Shown here one piece after another: positions 1-16,350 of a stretch of 64,000 bases of DNA. A program made the position numbers and the translations under genes. Each line of letters starts with the position of its first letter. Positions within the stretch are counted from its first letter, which is position 1. The stretch lies in NCBI RefSeq assembly GCF_009914755.1, contig NC_060933.1. One strand, given 5' to 3'. The DNA comes from the human T2T-CHM13v2.0 reference genome, Homo sapiens. Below the pieces are notes generated by a model that was not told where the DNA came from, did not search any database, and saw only the letters and a list, made by a program, of their open reading frames with translations.

Positions 1-156
1 TATATAAATAGTTGTTACATTATTCAGGGACTAATGATAGGAAAACAAAGTCTGAACATGTTCGCTACAGAAAGCAATTTTTTCCCCAAATATTTTCTAT
101 CTGCGGTTGGTTGAATCCATGGATGCAGAACCTACAGATACAGAGGGCCAACTATA
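1..156. mobile_element. MER2 (TcMar-Tigger) end
   Basis: Terminus ggttggttgaatccatggatgcagaacc..acagagggccaactata. Confidence 0.7.
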
Positions 157-723
157 TAAAGAATGTCATGCAAGAGCTTTCTATACCTGTTTCTCAGGTA
201 AATACAATTTACATTTAATTTCTCAGGTAAGTTTTTGATAAGTGCTGATATTACACTCTCACTGAATTCTCAATGTATCTATAATTTTATAATAAAATCA
301 GATCATTTGTTATTATTTATCTTAAAATGTCCTTCCTGTGTAGGGCTGATTATTCATTTATTTTAGAGAAGTTTAAGCCAGAGAAAACCAGAATCCAGCT
401 CTTATACCATATCTACTTAGACGGACTTAATTCCTAAATACCACAATACATTTTCTTTCCAACAGTGACATACTATTTATAAAGTTTTATTTGATAAAGA
501 AAACAACTATTTTCCTTTCAATGTTCAGGAAACCAATTTGTCATTATATATATATAATATATATATAAAATATATATTTTTTTCTTGCAACAGCCAATTG
601 CTTTTGCAGTCTTGGATTATTTTTCTTCTGAAATCAGTAACATTTTGTTCATACAGTAAGTCAGGATACCTATAAAGTAAAAGGAGGAAAATATTGCTCT
701 ATGTAATTTTAACCACGTTTGAA

Positions 724-1178
<455 letters not shown>

Positions 1179-1697
1179 TATAATGAATTTATTGTATTAT
1201 GCTTAATTTCCATTTCATAAATTTAAGACCTCTTATTATTTATAACTGTCTACCTTTATTCCCATATATATCCATATATAAGGGGAGATAATCAAAATTT
1301 TCTTCAAAAAAGAGGCAGTTACCCTACAACTGAGTTTTGACAAAGTTTCTTAAATTATGGGCACTCTCTTTTGCAACCACTGCGGTACAGAATTTTAAAA
1401 AAAGAAAAAGAAAAAAATGGGGACTCCGTTAATATCTTTATTTTGAATTAAGCAGCATTTTTGGGAAGACATCTTAGCTTGAAACAACCTCAATCAATGT
1501 TAATATATGGACACTGAAAAAGATCACCTGATGGAATCAAGCAAAATTTTAATATCAATGTAATAAACATTGCTAGGGGTAGTACTGAACATTTGTAGGT
1601 GTTGGATATTGCTGAAACAAGTTTTTCAAAAATCACTTTAAGAGGAAATATGATATGTGGTAACATTAACAGCAATCACATAATCTAGTGCTATATA

Positions 1698-1989
<292 letters not shown>

Positions 1990-2429
1990 TAGAGCTACAT
2001 TTTAAAAAAATCAACTGCTCTAATGTATTCAAATAAGAATCTGACTGGAGATACAATTTCCACTCACAAACAGATTCAAAAAGTGCTGTAGCTCAAACAA
2101 CTTAGATATACTATGATGGGCTCTGGAAAACTGTGCTACAGAACTAAAAACAACTAGGTCTTGTGATGACAAAGTCACTGATGTCAATGAGGCATGTAAG
2201 GTGTTTGAATAAAACTGACTACTCTTTTTCTTTTCTCAATCTTTACTCTGTCTGAAATGACAATAATAATGGCCATCCTCATTAAAAACTACCACGTATT
2301 GAACACTTCCTCTGAGTCAAGAACCGTGTAAAGTGATTTACATATGTTACATAATTTCTCACAACAATCCTGTAAGGTAAATATCATCATTGAGCCATAT
2401 GAAATTGCTGATACTCAATCTTTTTTTAA

Positions 2430-3715
<1,286 letters not shown>

Positions 3716-4697
3716 AATACCTCAATTTTACAGATGAAGAAATTGAATCCTGGAGAAGTTCAGTAACTTGCTCAGGTTTCTTAGCTCAAAATGTCAGAAC
3801 CAAACATCAAATCTGCACAAAATAAAGTTACCAATTTAAATCAATAGGCTATGAGTTCAGAACATGAATCACTGGAGTTTGGCATCAACTATTCTAGTTG
3901 CTCAAAGGTGTTTTGCTTACTCTAAGTACATAGACTGATGAAGAAAATAGGACATTATTACTAAGTCAACCTCTTTCATCAGGTAATTCACAAATTTCCA
4001 AAGCAAAAAAAAAAAGCAGTTTTCTTTAAAAAAAAAAAAGACAGCTGAAATTCTAAATTATGTGTATCACTCACTGTAATTACAGGAGATCAGTTCAAAA
4101 ACTTATTTTTGCCTCTATTTCTTTCCCCTAAGACTGCAATACCCACAAATTGAACTAGACGTCTATTGCATTATTCTTTAGCAGTTTGAAAAATGCATTA
4201 AAAAATCACTCAATGCCTTCCAGGGTTAGTACAGAAGAGATCCACTAACAATTAAAAATAAAGTTCTGTGTATTTGATACGCAATAGAGACCTTATAGGG
4301 TTAGAATTTACTTTGAAGTTGGTAGTTTGTTGCTCAAAATGTACCTATGATTTGATGTCTTTCTATGTCAATCAATCTTACTGATATGAATTAAAATTTA
4401 CTAGAACACATATCCACAAAGGATTTTTTAAAAATCAAGATTCCCTTTCTACTCATCTAGCACAAAACCTTACTAATCATCTAACTAGAACAATTTTCAA
4501 GATTAACTGTCATAAACATCCCTCAAGTTAGATTTATGGAGCAACTTCCCTTCATAAGACCAACCAGACATATTTTTTTAAAAGTTTAATAGAATCATAA
4601 AAAAATTCACCTAATTCAAATCTTTTATTTCATAGATAAAAAAACCAAAACTCTTGATAATTAAAAGTTATACTCAAAGTCAGCCGCTAGTTAACTT

Positions 4698-5118
4698 ATG
4701 AAACAGGACTAAGTTCCATGAATCTTAAGGCCAGGATTTTTTCTCCTATGCTCAACTGGTTTATAGGATATACAATGAATAACATGTGTGTATACATATA
4801 TGTATATAGGTGTGTGTGTGTATGTATGTATGTAGGTATATACACTATGCTAGTGAGATCATTTTTTGTTGAAGCATTTTTGAATTCCTCTCTATTGGTG
4901 AGGATGATGAAACAGGACTAAGTTCCATGAATCTTAGGCCTAGGTTTTTTTCTCCTATGCTCAACGGGCTTATAGAATATACAATGAATAACACGTGTGT
5001 ATACACATATGTATACAGGTGTGTGTGTGTGTGTGTATGTACCTATCTATGCATATATGCTAGGCTAGTGAGAATTTTTTTGTTGAAGGACTTTTGAATT
5101 CCTCTCTATAGGTGAGGA
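4698..5118. repeat. ~209-bp tandem duplication (2 copies)
   Basis: atgaaacaggactaagttccatgaatctta..ggtgagga occurs at 4698-4906 and 4907-5118. Confidence 0.9.
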
Positions 5119-5380
5119 ATACAAGAACATGAAGAAAAATGGCATTCCTACTTCCCTATTACTCTGATTTCTTTTTCACTGAATTTGATTTCCGTGCCCA
5201 ATTTGCAAACTGCATGTCTATTATGTACCGGCACTAGAGTTAGATGCTAAGGAAACAAAGGGGGGAAAAAAAAAAAAAAAGACATGGTCCCTACCCTTAA
5301 AAAAGCTCTGAATTTTAAGTTCATGGTACCTTCCTAAAAGTCTCCTTTGCTGATTCTTCCTCATCTTGCAAATGCTAGAA

Positions 5381-5677
5381 CAGTGCTGTCCAATAGAAAT
5401 ATAATGTGAGTCACAAATACGAGTCATATATGATTTAAAATGTTCTAACAGCTATATTAAACACAAGTATAAATATATTTAATTCAATATATCCAAAATA
5501 TAATAATTTCAGCAAGTAATATAAAAATTATTAATGAGATATTTCCATTTTTTGCTAGGTAGTCTTCAAAATATGATGTGCAGTTTATCACTTCGGACAC
5601 ATCTCAGTTGAGACTAATCACATTTCAAGGGCTCAATAGCCACATGTGGCTAATGGCTACTGTACTGGATTGTGCAA
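5381..5677. mobile_element. MER33 (hAT-Charlie)
   Basis: cagtgctgtccaatagaaatataatgtgag..ctcaatagccacatgtggcta.. Confidence 0.75.
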
Positions 5678-5689
5678 CCCTAGAAAATA

Positions 5690-6065
5690 GAATGTCTCAG
5701 GGCTCAGTCTTTGAACTGGTTCTTGTCTCTAGCTATGCCAACACTTTTGGGGATCTTAAAACAGTTTCATGGCTTTAAAACCATCTATATGTTAGTAATT
5801 CCCAAGTTTACATCTGGCCCAGACCTTTTTCCTGAACTTTAAATTAATATACAACTACTTGGACACAAATCTAACATGTCCCAATCTGAACTCTTGGCCT
5901 ATAACAAACACCGCCTACCTAAATCTGTTTCTCTTCCAGACACTGCCATTTCAGTAAATGGCAATTCCATCCTTTCAGTTGCTCAGGGAAAAAGCCAGAG
6001 GCAAGCATGACTCCCTCTTTCTCATCCCATACACTTTCCACTACACTGCAGTGCTTCTCAAATAC
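5690..6065. mobile_element. L2 fragment
   Basis: Degenerate L2 motifs (ggctttaaaaccatctatatg, cctttcagttgctcagg). Confidence 0.6.
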
Positions 6066-6400
6066 CAATGATATAATGTTATATGCCTTATAAGCCAACC
6101 AGTTATGCCCATTGCCCATTACTCTCCCACCCCAAAAAATGAAGGAAAATAAAAGCATGTATCAAACAGTATACTGTAACTCAACATGACAATTTATATT
6201 TCAGGCAAGAAAGTTTATGAAGACACCACACAAAAAGGGGCAAAATGCCTATTTAGAATTGTCACAGGTATAAAGAATAGGGAGAAGAAATAAGTGTAAA
6301 ATGGTTTATATTTCGTTTTCAAAAGCTAACAACTTATGGGGCTTACATGTCTTCAGAAATTTGGACAAACTTTATCATATCACTAATGAAAATGACATAC

Positions 6401-6467
6401 CTCACGTTCCATGCAGTGGTAAAGTCTGGGTTTAGAAGCAGCAGGGTACATGTGACATCTATCAATT
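6401..6467 (-). CDS. PTAR1: PTAR1 coding exon 3 (67 nt; ELIDVTCTLLLLNPDFTTAWNVR, start of prenyltransferase alpha repeat)
   Basis: Acceptor ctctttattttag|A and donor AG|gtatgt. In frame with exon 2 (G|AA = Glu). NPxxxTAWN is the PFTA repeat motif. The gene continues beyond the left edge of the window. Confidence 0.96.
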
Positions 6468-8969
6468 CTAAAATAAAGAGAAGTCATATTAAAAACAAAT
6501 AGTCCTACCTTTTAAAGCTTGGCTTCTCATTCTTTTAAGGTTCTCTTTCTCTCTATCACATTATACTAATATATCTCTCATGTCATACTAACTTTAATGA
6601 TAAATTCCCTCTTCTAAGCTGTCAAGGATATGAAGATTACTCTCAAGACCCTCTCCTGGTAAGTGTAACTCTCTTAAAAGATGACACAAACAATTTTATG
6701 ATATGCCTATAAGGAATAATCTAATTAACCTCTTCCTTTTGGGTGCTTTTTGGTACTAATTTAATATTTACCGAGGAAAGAAACAAAATTTCTATGCCAC
6801 TATTCATTTAACTTCACAAATATCTCAAGTATTGACGGTGTGTGCGAATTTTCAAAAGGAAAAAAATATCACTCAGAATCCAACCCACTTAACATAATTC
6901 ATTTACATTCTCCTGCAAAAATTATCCTTTCTTGCACATATTTTTACATAGGTATAGCAATGATAAATGTACAACTTTGTTCTATATTTTTCACTAAGTA
7001 TTATTTCATATGCATCCTCCTATATTGCTAGAGTATGTATTTTTAACAGTTGCATAACAATCCCTTAGTCCTATATACCATCAATTACCTTACTCTTTAG
7101 GCTGTTTCCTGTTTGTTTTTAACGTTATAGGTGATACTACTATAAACATTTTTAAAAACTTTTTGTCTTGTAGGCTATTTTCTTGGGCTATATTTCCTGA
7201 AGCAGAACTACTATGTCAAAACAACTTAAAAATCAGTATGACTCCTACTAAGCATTTCCAGATTGTCTTTAAAATAGACTGTATCTATTTATACTGGCAA
7301 AAGGAACATGAGTGTACTTATGTCCCTATAACTGACCTATATATATTTTTAAAAATGAATGTGACAGATAAAAAATTACAATTCATTTGTTTTAATTTAC
7401 ATTTGTTAATAGAAACATTTTCATTGTTTACTACATATAGTTCATCTTATGAAGCAGCTATTCACATCCATTAGCTATTTATATTTATGACAGAATTCCT
7501 ATACATTCAAATAAGCACCATAAGCCTCTATTTGAAAGAACAAAATTAGCAAAGTTTAGACATATTGTCTTTGTCTTACTAAAACTGAAAAGAATTTTAG
7601 GATTAAGGTTATCTATCTAGGGGCACAGTACTAAATTAAGGCAACCCTACCAAGCTCTTATTAAATGTCATGTAATAAAACAATACAAATAATTATTACC
7701 ATTTATTTAGCATTACTGTGTATGAGGCATGGCAGTAAGCACTTTATTTTATATTATTTCACTAAATTCTCATAATCACAATCCAAAATATTCTTATCCC
7801 ACTTTTCAGATAGGGAAACTGAAATTCTGCAATTTAAGCAATTTGCCCGTAGTCACCCAATTAGCATGTGGCAAAGTCAACATCAAAATTGTTTCCAACA
7901 AGTCAATTATGCTGCAAACAAAATGTCTGCCTACAATAATTGGGACATTTTCAGTGTTTAAGTAAAATATAAACTTTTTAATATCTAAGAGCAAATACAC
8001 ATAAACACATCCAATAGTCATTTAAAAATATTCTAGTTAACAATAAAATCAATTATTTTATTCTATCTTAATAGGAGATTAACATTTATTTGGGGCCCAT
8101 GATTTCATTACTAGTGAGCATATTGGAATATTCAATTCAAATGAGCAACAAACAGTAGGATCAGTACACATTTATTTTGACCTCCAAGTCATTACATACA
8201 TTACAACACAATATGCCTATGAAGAATAATTAACCTCTTCATTTTTTTACTTTTAGTAGTTTTTGGCACTAACTTAATGTTTATCAAGAAAAATAAATAT
8301 AATATTCTATGTCACTATTCATTTAATTCCACAAATATTCCAAGTATTGACTATGGACAAAGATTAAAGTAGGCCCTTAGGACTGAGTGATTGAATGTAA
8401 TGATAAACAAGACCTAATTTTGCCTCTAGGTTATCTTCAAGTTGGAGAGACTATATAAACAAATAATTATATAAGGCAAAATAATTATGAAGTAGAAACA
8501 TAAACCACATTTTGGGGCCCACCAAAGAAGCTGCAATTAATTCTTAGTGGAATTATACATGGAAGACTGTAAATAAATAAAGTGGTCACGGCACCACCTT
8601 ACCATACTGGAAAAAGTATGAGCAAAGATAAAAATGCATGGAACTTCACACATAGTCTGCTCTCTAAGAGATTATGGATACCAGAGCATGACTACAACAC
8701 AAGGTACTGGTAAAATGTACCAGGAAGTGAAACCTTCTGAAACCTGGTCTCAATCTCCTGATCAGCTTGGCCTTCCATTACTTTCCTTTACATGTTACAT
8801 TCCACCTGAGTCAAACTCCACTGTCCTATGAACACACGTCCTACCCGCCTACCTTCTTTTCTCGGAACATAATTCAGATTTACCTGCTTGCTATTCTTTC
8901 TGGCTCATGTCTTCCCGTCTCCTAATATTTAACAAAAAAAAAGTTTAAAGGCTTTCCTAACCTACCTAG

Positions 8970-9423
<454 letters not shown>

Positions 9424-12400
9424 TAAGCATCTACAATAAGCCAGGTACTGAGCTGGCTGAAGATGAGTAAGCACAGTCCCTGGCCAAAAGCAGCTCCATG
9501 TCTGACCACAGCACAGAGGAGTGGTAAGAGGATAGGCCTTCCTTAAAGCCATACTACCTGGGTTTGAATCCCAGCTTCTCCACTTACTACCTACATAACC
9601 TAACCTCTTGGAACCTCAGTGAAACAAGGACTCACTCAGTGAAACCTCAGTGAAACATCAACCTCATGGTGTTGTGAGCAATGAAATTCATTCCATTTCT
9701 CCACAGCTTTTTGACACACAGTGAGTACAATTAAACGCCATCACTGACTGACAAAGAAATGAGTATTTTCAACATAAGTAAGGAAGTCTGGAATAATGAG
9801 GAGGTTGTTCCTTTAGTAAAACTGTCTAAATTTCCAAACTTGTAAAATACGCAGCAATAACAAAAAACCCCTTTGTAGTCAAGTAGTTACATGGAAAGGT
9901 TTGTAAATGATGGGAAAGCCTCTGGAATTTCTTTTGACATCTACAATTTTCTAAAAAGTGATTATTCTACCTAGGTAAATTAGCATAGTCCCTTGGAATC
10001 TCCCTTTCTACATTAAAGAAAATGTGTCTGACCAATGGTAGCTGCTATTTGTTTGTACTTCTAACACAATTTCCTTCCTCCCTCCATCACAAGTGAAGAC
10101 AAGAAGTCCATCCTCCATGAGAGACTTCTGTACAGCAGCACAAGGCAAAAACTAACACAGCAAGTACTTAAGTCCCCGCTTTTCATTTTATGGTTATGTG
10201 AAGATACAGGAAGACTTATCAAAGTAACACTTCCTCTACTGGCAGGTCTCTCCCTAAGAGAGCAACAGCAGCTACTGGGTTCAGACAGAGCCCAGCTCCA
10301 TCACTTACTGGGAATTCTTGGGCAAATCACTTAATCTCTCTAGGCCTTAATGTCCTTCTCGTATGTAAGATGGAGCTATCATGGGTATATTAGATGATTA
10401 AATCCTTGAAGTGTTAGTACAGTCTCTGACATACAGTAAGGACTGAATGGTAATTCCTGTTACAAAGCCTGTATTTTCTAGTCCAGTTCCACAAATGATA
10501 TTGGGACTGGATGCCTCCAGAGGGAGCAAAAGATCCTCCTAAGCTGGCTAAGCAGTGACTGCTGAGCAGAGGGATACTTTTTGACTTTTAAGAATCTTAG
10601 AATTTAAAACATCAACAGCCTTGACCACCATCGGTGGTACCTAGTAACATATACAACCATAGGCCCTTCTCTTCTCCTCTTTCACAAACTGCTAAAACTT
10701 CCTCATTCAGGACTCAGGCTCAGACAAGACTTCCTTCAGTAAATATTCCAGTCTGATATAAGAAGCTAGGGGTAAAGTGCAATGACAGAAATGAGAAAGG
10801 ACTAGGAGAAGAAACTAGATTAGAAGTATCAGACATAATTAAAGAATCTGATCCTCACAACAACCCTCTGAGGTCTTGATTAGTATTTCCTTCTTTTGGT
10901 GTGGAAATACGAAGAAAGAGGTTAAGTAATTTGCTAAGTCATTGCTAAGTGACTTCAGTGTGCTGACAAGTTCAGTTTAAATCCAGGTCTGCTGTCCTGC
11001 AAAGCAGATGCTCTTTCACTCTACCACACTACAGGCAATAACTTTGCCTTCTGCAGGTCAGGACTGAACCAAAGACCTGAAAAAGAACATGTATAATCAA
11101 CGGTTGTAACTATTTGACTCTCTCAATTTCATCAACAATACGCCATTTCCTCTGCAGTTTCACCCAAAAGACATGAGCTACTGAAATCTCCACAGTCTCT
11201 TGAAATTAAACAGGTCTCTCTCCAAACAACAGAACATATACCAGCAAATAAATGTTCCTTTGTTACACACACTACAATATATGACTAACCCATCATCACG
11301 CCACAGGGAGAAAAAGAAATCAGGGCACATTATACATAGAAAAGTAGCTAAATTTCAGCTATAACAAGGAGAAGATAAAAGGATGCTACAGAAGTTGGAG
11401 AAAAATCAATATGCTTTTCTTGCTGCACTGCATTCTAGAAATGGCCCAAGGCCAGTAGTCACCTGGTAATGGTCACTGGATTTGACAACTGTCTCTAACA
11501 GAGAAAGGTTTTCGTGCATCTAGAAATAAATTCAAGGCCAACTTAAATCAGTAATTCTTTTCCTCCAAAATACATTCAGGTTACCACAAGAAGTGAAGCT
11601 TGAGTTAAAGCTATATGGTAAACACCAGAGAGGCCTTGTTTATTATAGTACACAGTCACAGAATCAATAGCTAGACTAAGCTAAAAACTCTTGCTTACAA
11701 ACTCTTGTTACTCGTTTAACAAATGTCTGTTGAACATGTAAAGGTTCTGAGTAAATAAAAATGATCCACAATCCCTTTTCCTAATAAACTCACATTCCAG
11801 CCAGGAAAAAGGTTGTTTAATCAGCTAAAATACAGTGTGACAAGTGATACTATTATGCAAGCCATCTGAGTAAAGGGCTTCCATAAAAGAGCAGGGAATA
11901 ATTATTGCTTCCTGAAGCAGTCAAAAAGGCTTCACAGTGTTAAGTGTGTGTATGTGTATGCACGTGCATGTGCTGGCAACCACACTGATAATGCCAACAT
12001 TAAGACATGAGCCTGGCCTCAGCAAAGGCATGGAAGTAAGGCAGTAGTACACACAGAGTCAAAGAATGGAAGAATGCTGCTTGTGGCTGTAATGAACATA
12101 TGTATCAAATAGCTGCTAACATAAATGTTTCTAGGGTTCAAATGAACCTCAAAAAAGTAGCAAAGGAAATTTGACAAGAAGTATCAACTAACACTCTGCC
12201 GCAGTGTCTCAAGAGCTTGAAAAGGCTGTGATAAACTGGAACAGACATGCCCAGTTACGAAGAGTAGAGGCTGTATGTCCCAGCCAACTATTGCCAGGTA
12301 GAAAGTTGTATACTCAACCAAGCCTTATGATTTTTCAAGTGAAGACAGAAATCAGATTTATCCAACTAATAAAAAGCAATTTTTAAGACATTATACAAGC

Positions 12401-15389
12401 CACACCAAAATGTATCTAGATTAGCTTCAGCCTGTGTGCTAAGAATCTGCAACCTCTGATGCTGAATATAAACTGGAGGAAAAACTGGGGACAGACTGTG
12501 AAGGCCCTTGAATACCATGCTAAGGAGTTTCGACTCTACGTTGACCCTGTGGGTATCATGAAATAAGATGAGCATATAATGTATTTCAGAAAAGCGTGGT
12601 CAAACTGTTTTTAAGAAATGCTGTTCAAGCGTGTCTGAAATGACTGGCTACTGGCATAATGGACATGGGTCACAAAAGAGCCTGGAAAAGGGGTAGACCG
12701 GTTATGAGGTAATAACATTTGTCTGGATGAGAAATAATGAAGGCCTGGTCAGCCAAAGAAATGGAGAGCAGAAGACAGCTTTTAAAGAGAGAGCTCAGAT
12801 ATAGACTAAGTGGGGGCTGTGAAAAAGAGAGAGGAGCAAGAAAAGATGGCAGGAGGGCACTCCTGAAGAGTTGCACCAGAGAGCTCTGTCCAGAAAGAAC
12901 TCCAATGCTGTGGTCTTCCCTCCTGCTTCTTATATCTGTTATGGATTTCTCAAACATCAGAATTACAGAATCAGTCCTCTCCCAAACCGAATGTATTACT
13001 ATCACAGACTTAAAAAAAAAAAAAATCAATCTCTAACTAACTAACTAAACAGGGATAATTCCTAAACATCTAAGGAATTCAGCAGGTTAATGAAAACAAG
13101 AATTCAGTTTGGTTAGGAAGAAAAAATCTATCCCAGGAGTAAAGGTCACCTTCAGTTACAGAATACATTTTTAGGTGGATGCCTAGGATTCTTGCATGAT
13201 CGATCACACAGACAGACATTCAGAAACTGTCACTTAAATTGTCATCTTTCTTCACTTGGGTCTTCTTATAAATATATATTCTCTATAACAAATAATTTTA
13301 AAGGTGTAGCATTTTCATGAAATAACTGCTTTTTCCTAACATTTTTGACATGTTTTTCTTAGCAAGATTCACCTCTGTGCTCTAATTGCTTCAGTTCTTA
13401 GGTTTGGCAGAATACTCTTTTATTTTCAGATATCTTTTTCTGTCAAACCCAAAATTCACTTTCTTATATTTACTGATAATACAATATATAACCTGAGTAG
13501 TATGTGACACCATACTAAATTATGCTATCCACCCCCCTCAAAATAGTCAAATTAAAAACTGCTTCCATGGGGATGTAGGTTAGGATCAAATCAAAAGCTG
13601 CTTTTGTACACATGCACGGTTGCAGCTGAATTCAAAGTTTAGATGCCAGCTATTCATGTGAGTGAGCTTAACCATTTAATATTCTGCAAGGTTCCTTATG
13701 AGCCTACTAAAACTAAAACTATGTGGTAAGAAGACACAGCAAAGCCTGCAATAGTGTCCAGAAGGACAAAAACAGAGAAATGGAGAGGACTTGGAAGACC
13801 ACAGAAAGGGTAGGTTGAGCTAACATACATAAATGGGCAACTATAGCCTCTCACTTTTTAAAATTCAGTTTCTTTTCTATAAGATAATCATTCTATCCCC
13901 TAACTAAAGTTAGTTATACATTGGTTCGATTATGCATTTCTGTGCACCAGAATATAAACAGTACAGCTTTGTTTGGCAAAAAATAACTTGATGGAGTCAT
14001 ATGGTGTTACTTTTTACCTCAGTGTTACTGAAAACTACAGCACGGTGATGGAATGCAGAATTAAAGAGGGTCTAACAACAGATAAACTTGCTTACCTTTA
14101 AGTTTATCCCTAAACCCATGCCTTAAAGTGTATGCCATAAATTTGGGCTATGGCTAAACTTAGGCACAGCCTTCTAATAAGAAAATATATAACAAAGGAC
14201 TGAGTGAAACAGTCACACAGAAAATAGAAAACACTGCTCATTAAACCTTCAGAGTCCCTTTCTATGGTATAAAAAGGGAAAAGTGTTATTAACCAATTAA
14301 TGACAGTATGTTACAGATAGTGCTGACAGAAATTCAAGGAAATCAGTATGTCATACATTAGGCAACACTCTTCTGTACATCTCTCGCCCCCAAAGAGATT
14401 ATCACTCAACTGTAAGCTTCCTGAATAAAGGGACCATGTATTTATTCATCTTTTTATCCCCCACAGTACTCAGGACAGCATCTGGTATGAGTAGACCCTT
14501 GGTAATGGCTACCAAACTGGCAACTAAAATTCTCTAGGAAACAAAGTTCTTATTCAAAATCAGCCTCCAGGCATATTGAGCGCTTTTGAAGGTACTGCCG
14601 TACATGGGAAGGGGAAGAAGCTTTACAAAAACAGTAAAGGACATGGTCTTAAATTAGTCTTCTCCCAAAAAGTGAGACCTGAGGTGGGCATACAATGATA
14701 AACAGAATTTGTGCACATGGAGGCTTAATATGGCAGAACACCAAGAAAAGAGACCAGATGGAATGATTAGGGATTGTCTGATGCAGTAAAAAAAAAAACT
14801 GTCTGAGAGAAATGGAAGAAGTGAATGCCGGATAGTTTTGTTTTGCTCATTTCAGCACAGGAACAGGATACAAACGGCCAGAGCTCAACTGGAACTTGCA
14901 GTGGAATGGCACATCCATAAATCACTGGGCTGGTTCATAATATCACTACCACTATCATGCCTACATTATCTCATTTGGACTACTATGAAAATGAGTTTTG
15001 CTGCCTATAAAAATACTAAAGGATTAGAAACCAGAGACTGAGCCTATAGGGACTAGAGTCTTCTTCAGTGACATTCAGATTTTTTTTTTTCCTTCAAATG
15101 AAATCTTACCAATGACCCCAATACATAAACTGATAAAATCTGAACTGCTCTGGTTACAGGAGGTGCCCTGAAATTCTGCTTGAGGGCTTCTATATAATCA
15201 CTGTGGTTGTAAAATTTGTCCAGGTGAGTAGAAACTACTCACTTGACAGAAAGGTTAGCACCCACCGAGACAGTGAACAGAAGAAGCAGAACTAGAATCC
15301 AGGAATGCTGACACTCAGAGAAGGGCTCTTCCTACTATATTCCATGTCGCTTCTAAAAACCAAATGAAGAAAATATGATTCATACTTAC

Positions 15390-15559
15390 CATCTCTGTTC
15401 AGCCATTGCTTTCTTGTTCTGTACAAAAGGAGCTTGTTGTGGACATATGGTAAAAGGAACTTGACACACCAGCTCTCCACACCCAGTTTGTTTTCAACCA
15501 GGACTATGGGACTCCGGTTATACCTAGCTTCAGGACATGGGATCAGGCCAATTTCATCT
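15390..15559 (-). CDS. PTAR1: PTAR1 coding exon 2 (170 nt; DEIGLIPCPEARYNRSPIVLVENKLGVESWCVKFLLPYVHNKLLLYRTRKQWLNRD)
   Basis: Acceptor ..catattaag|A and donor G|gtaagt. Phase 2->1 joins exon 1 (AT|A = Ile). Matches ORF track 15292..15576. Confidence 0.97.
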
Positions 15560-15689
15560 CTTAATATGTAAAACATAAAAAAGAATTAAAAATAAGGATA
15601 CTAACCTTTTCAACATTTTTCTAATTTCAGAGTATTTTAAAAACCCCACATATTTCCCCCTTCCTTACAAATATTATTTAGCTCACTTA

Positions 15690-16350
15690 CTGGGATTGGT
15701 AGATGCTAATAGTGGCAAGAGTATGAGAAAACCAGTATGCTGTACTCTCTGTAGACAGGAGTGAAAACTGGTCTTGCCTTTGGATGGCAACTTAAAAAAA
15801 AGTCTTTCAAAATTTTGAAGGAACATACCCTTTGATCCAGCAATTCAACTGCTCAGAAATTATCCTATGCCAAAATATGTGAATCAGATGTTCACTGCAA
15901 TGTTGCAACAAAACTAGAAACAATCTAAATGTTTATCAATATAAGACTAGTAAAAAAAAAAGGCCCATCCACATAATCAAGCCATTAAAAAACAATGAGG
16001 TAGATCTGCATATGCTGACATAAAAAAAGTTGCCAAGATATATGAAATGAAAACAAAAAGCAAAATGCTGAACACAGTGTACAGCACAAATCCTTTTGTA
16101 TAATTTCTTTAGAAGATATATAGATGCATTAAAAATTTTCTTGGAAGGATAACAAGAAATTTTTGGAGAGAGAAAGGTGGTAAGGAAGGATTTTATTTTT
16201 ATACAGTTTCAATTATCTAATAATTGTATGTATTTCTATTTTTTTAATGTCAACAAATGTGTTTATGCTTGCTTGCTAATAAATGCATGTGGACCAGAAA
16301 CAAAGTATCAAAAAACGTTATTTTATCAGTGAGATTTTGGGCCATTTTTT
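15690..16350 (+). mobile_element. Old L1 (L1ME-like) 3' fragment
   Basis: Motifs ataccctttgatccagcaattc and aactagaaacaatctaaatgt. Confidence 0.6.
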
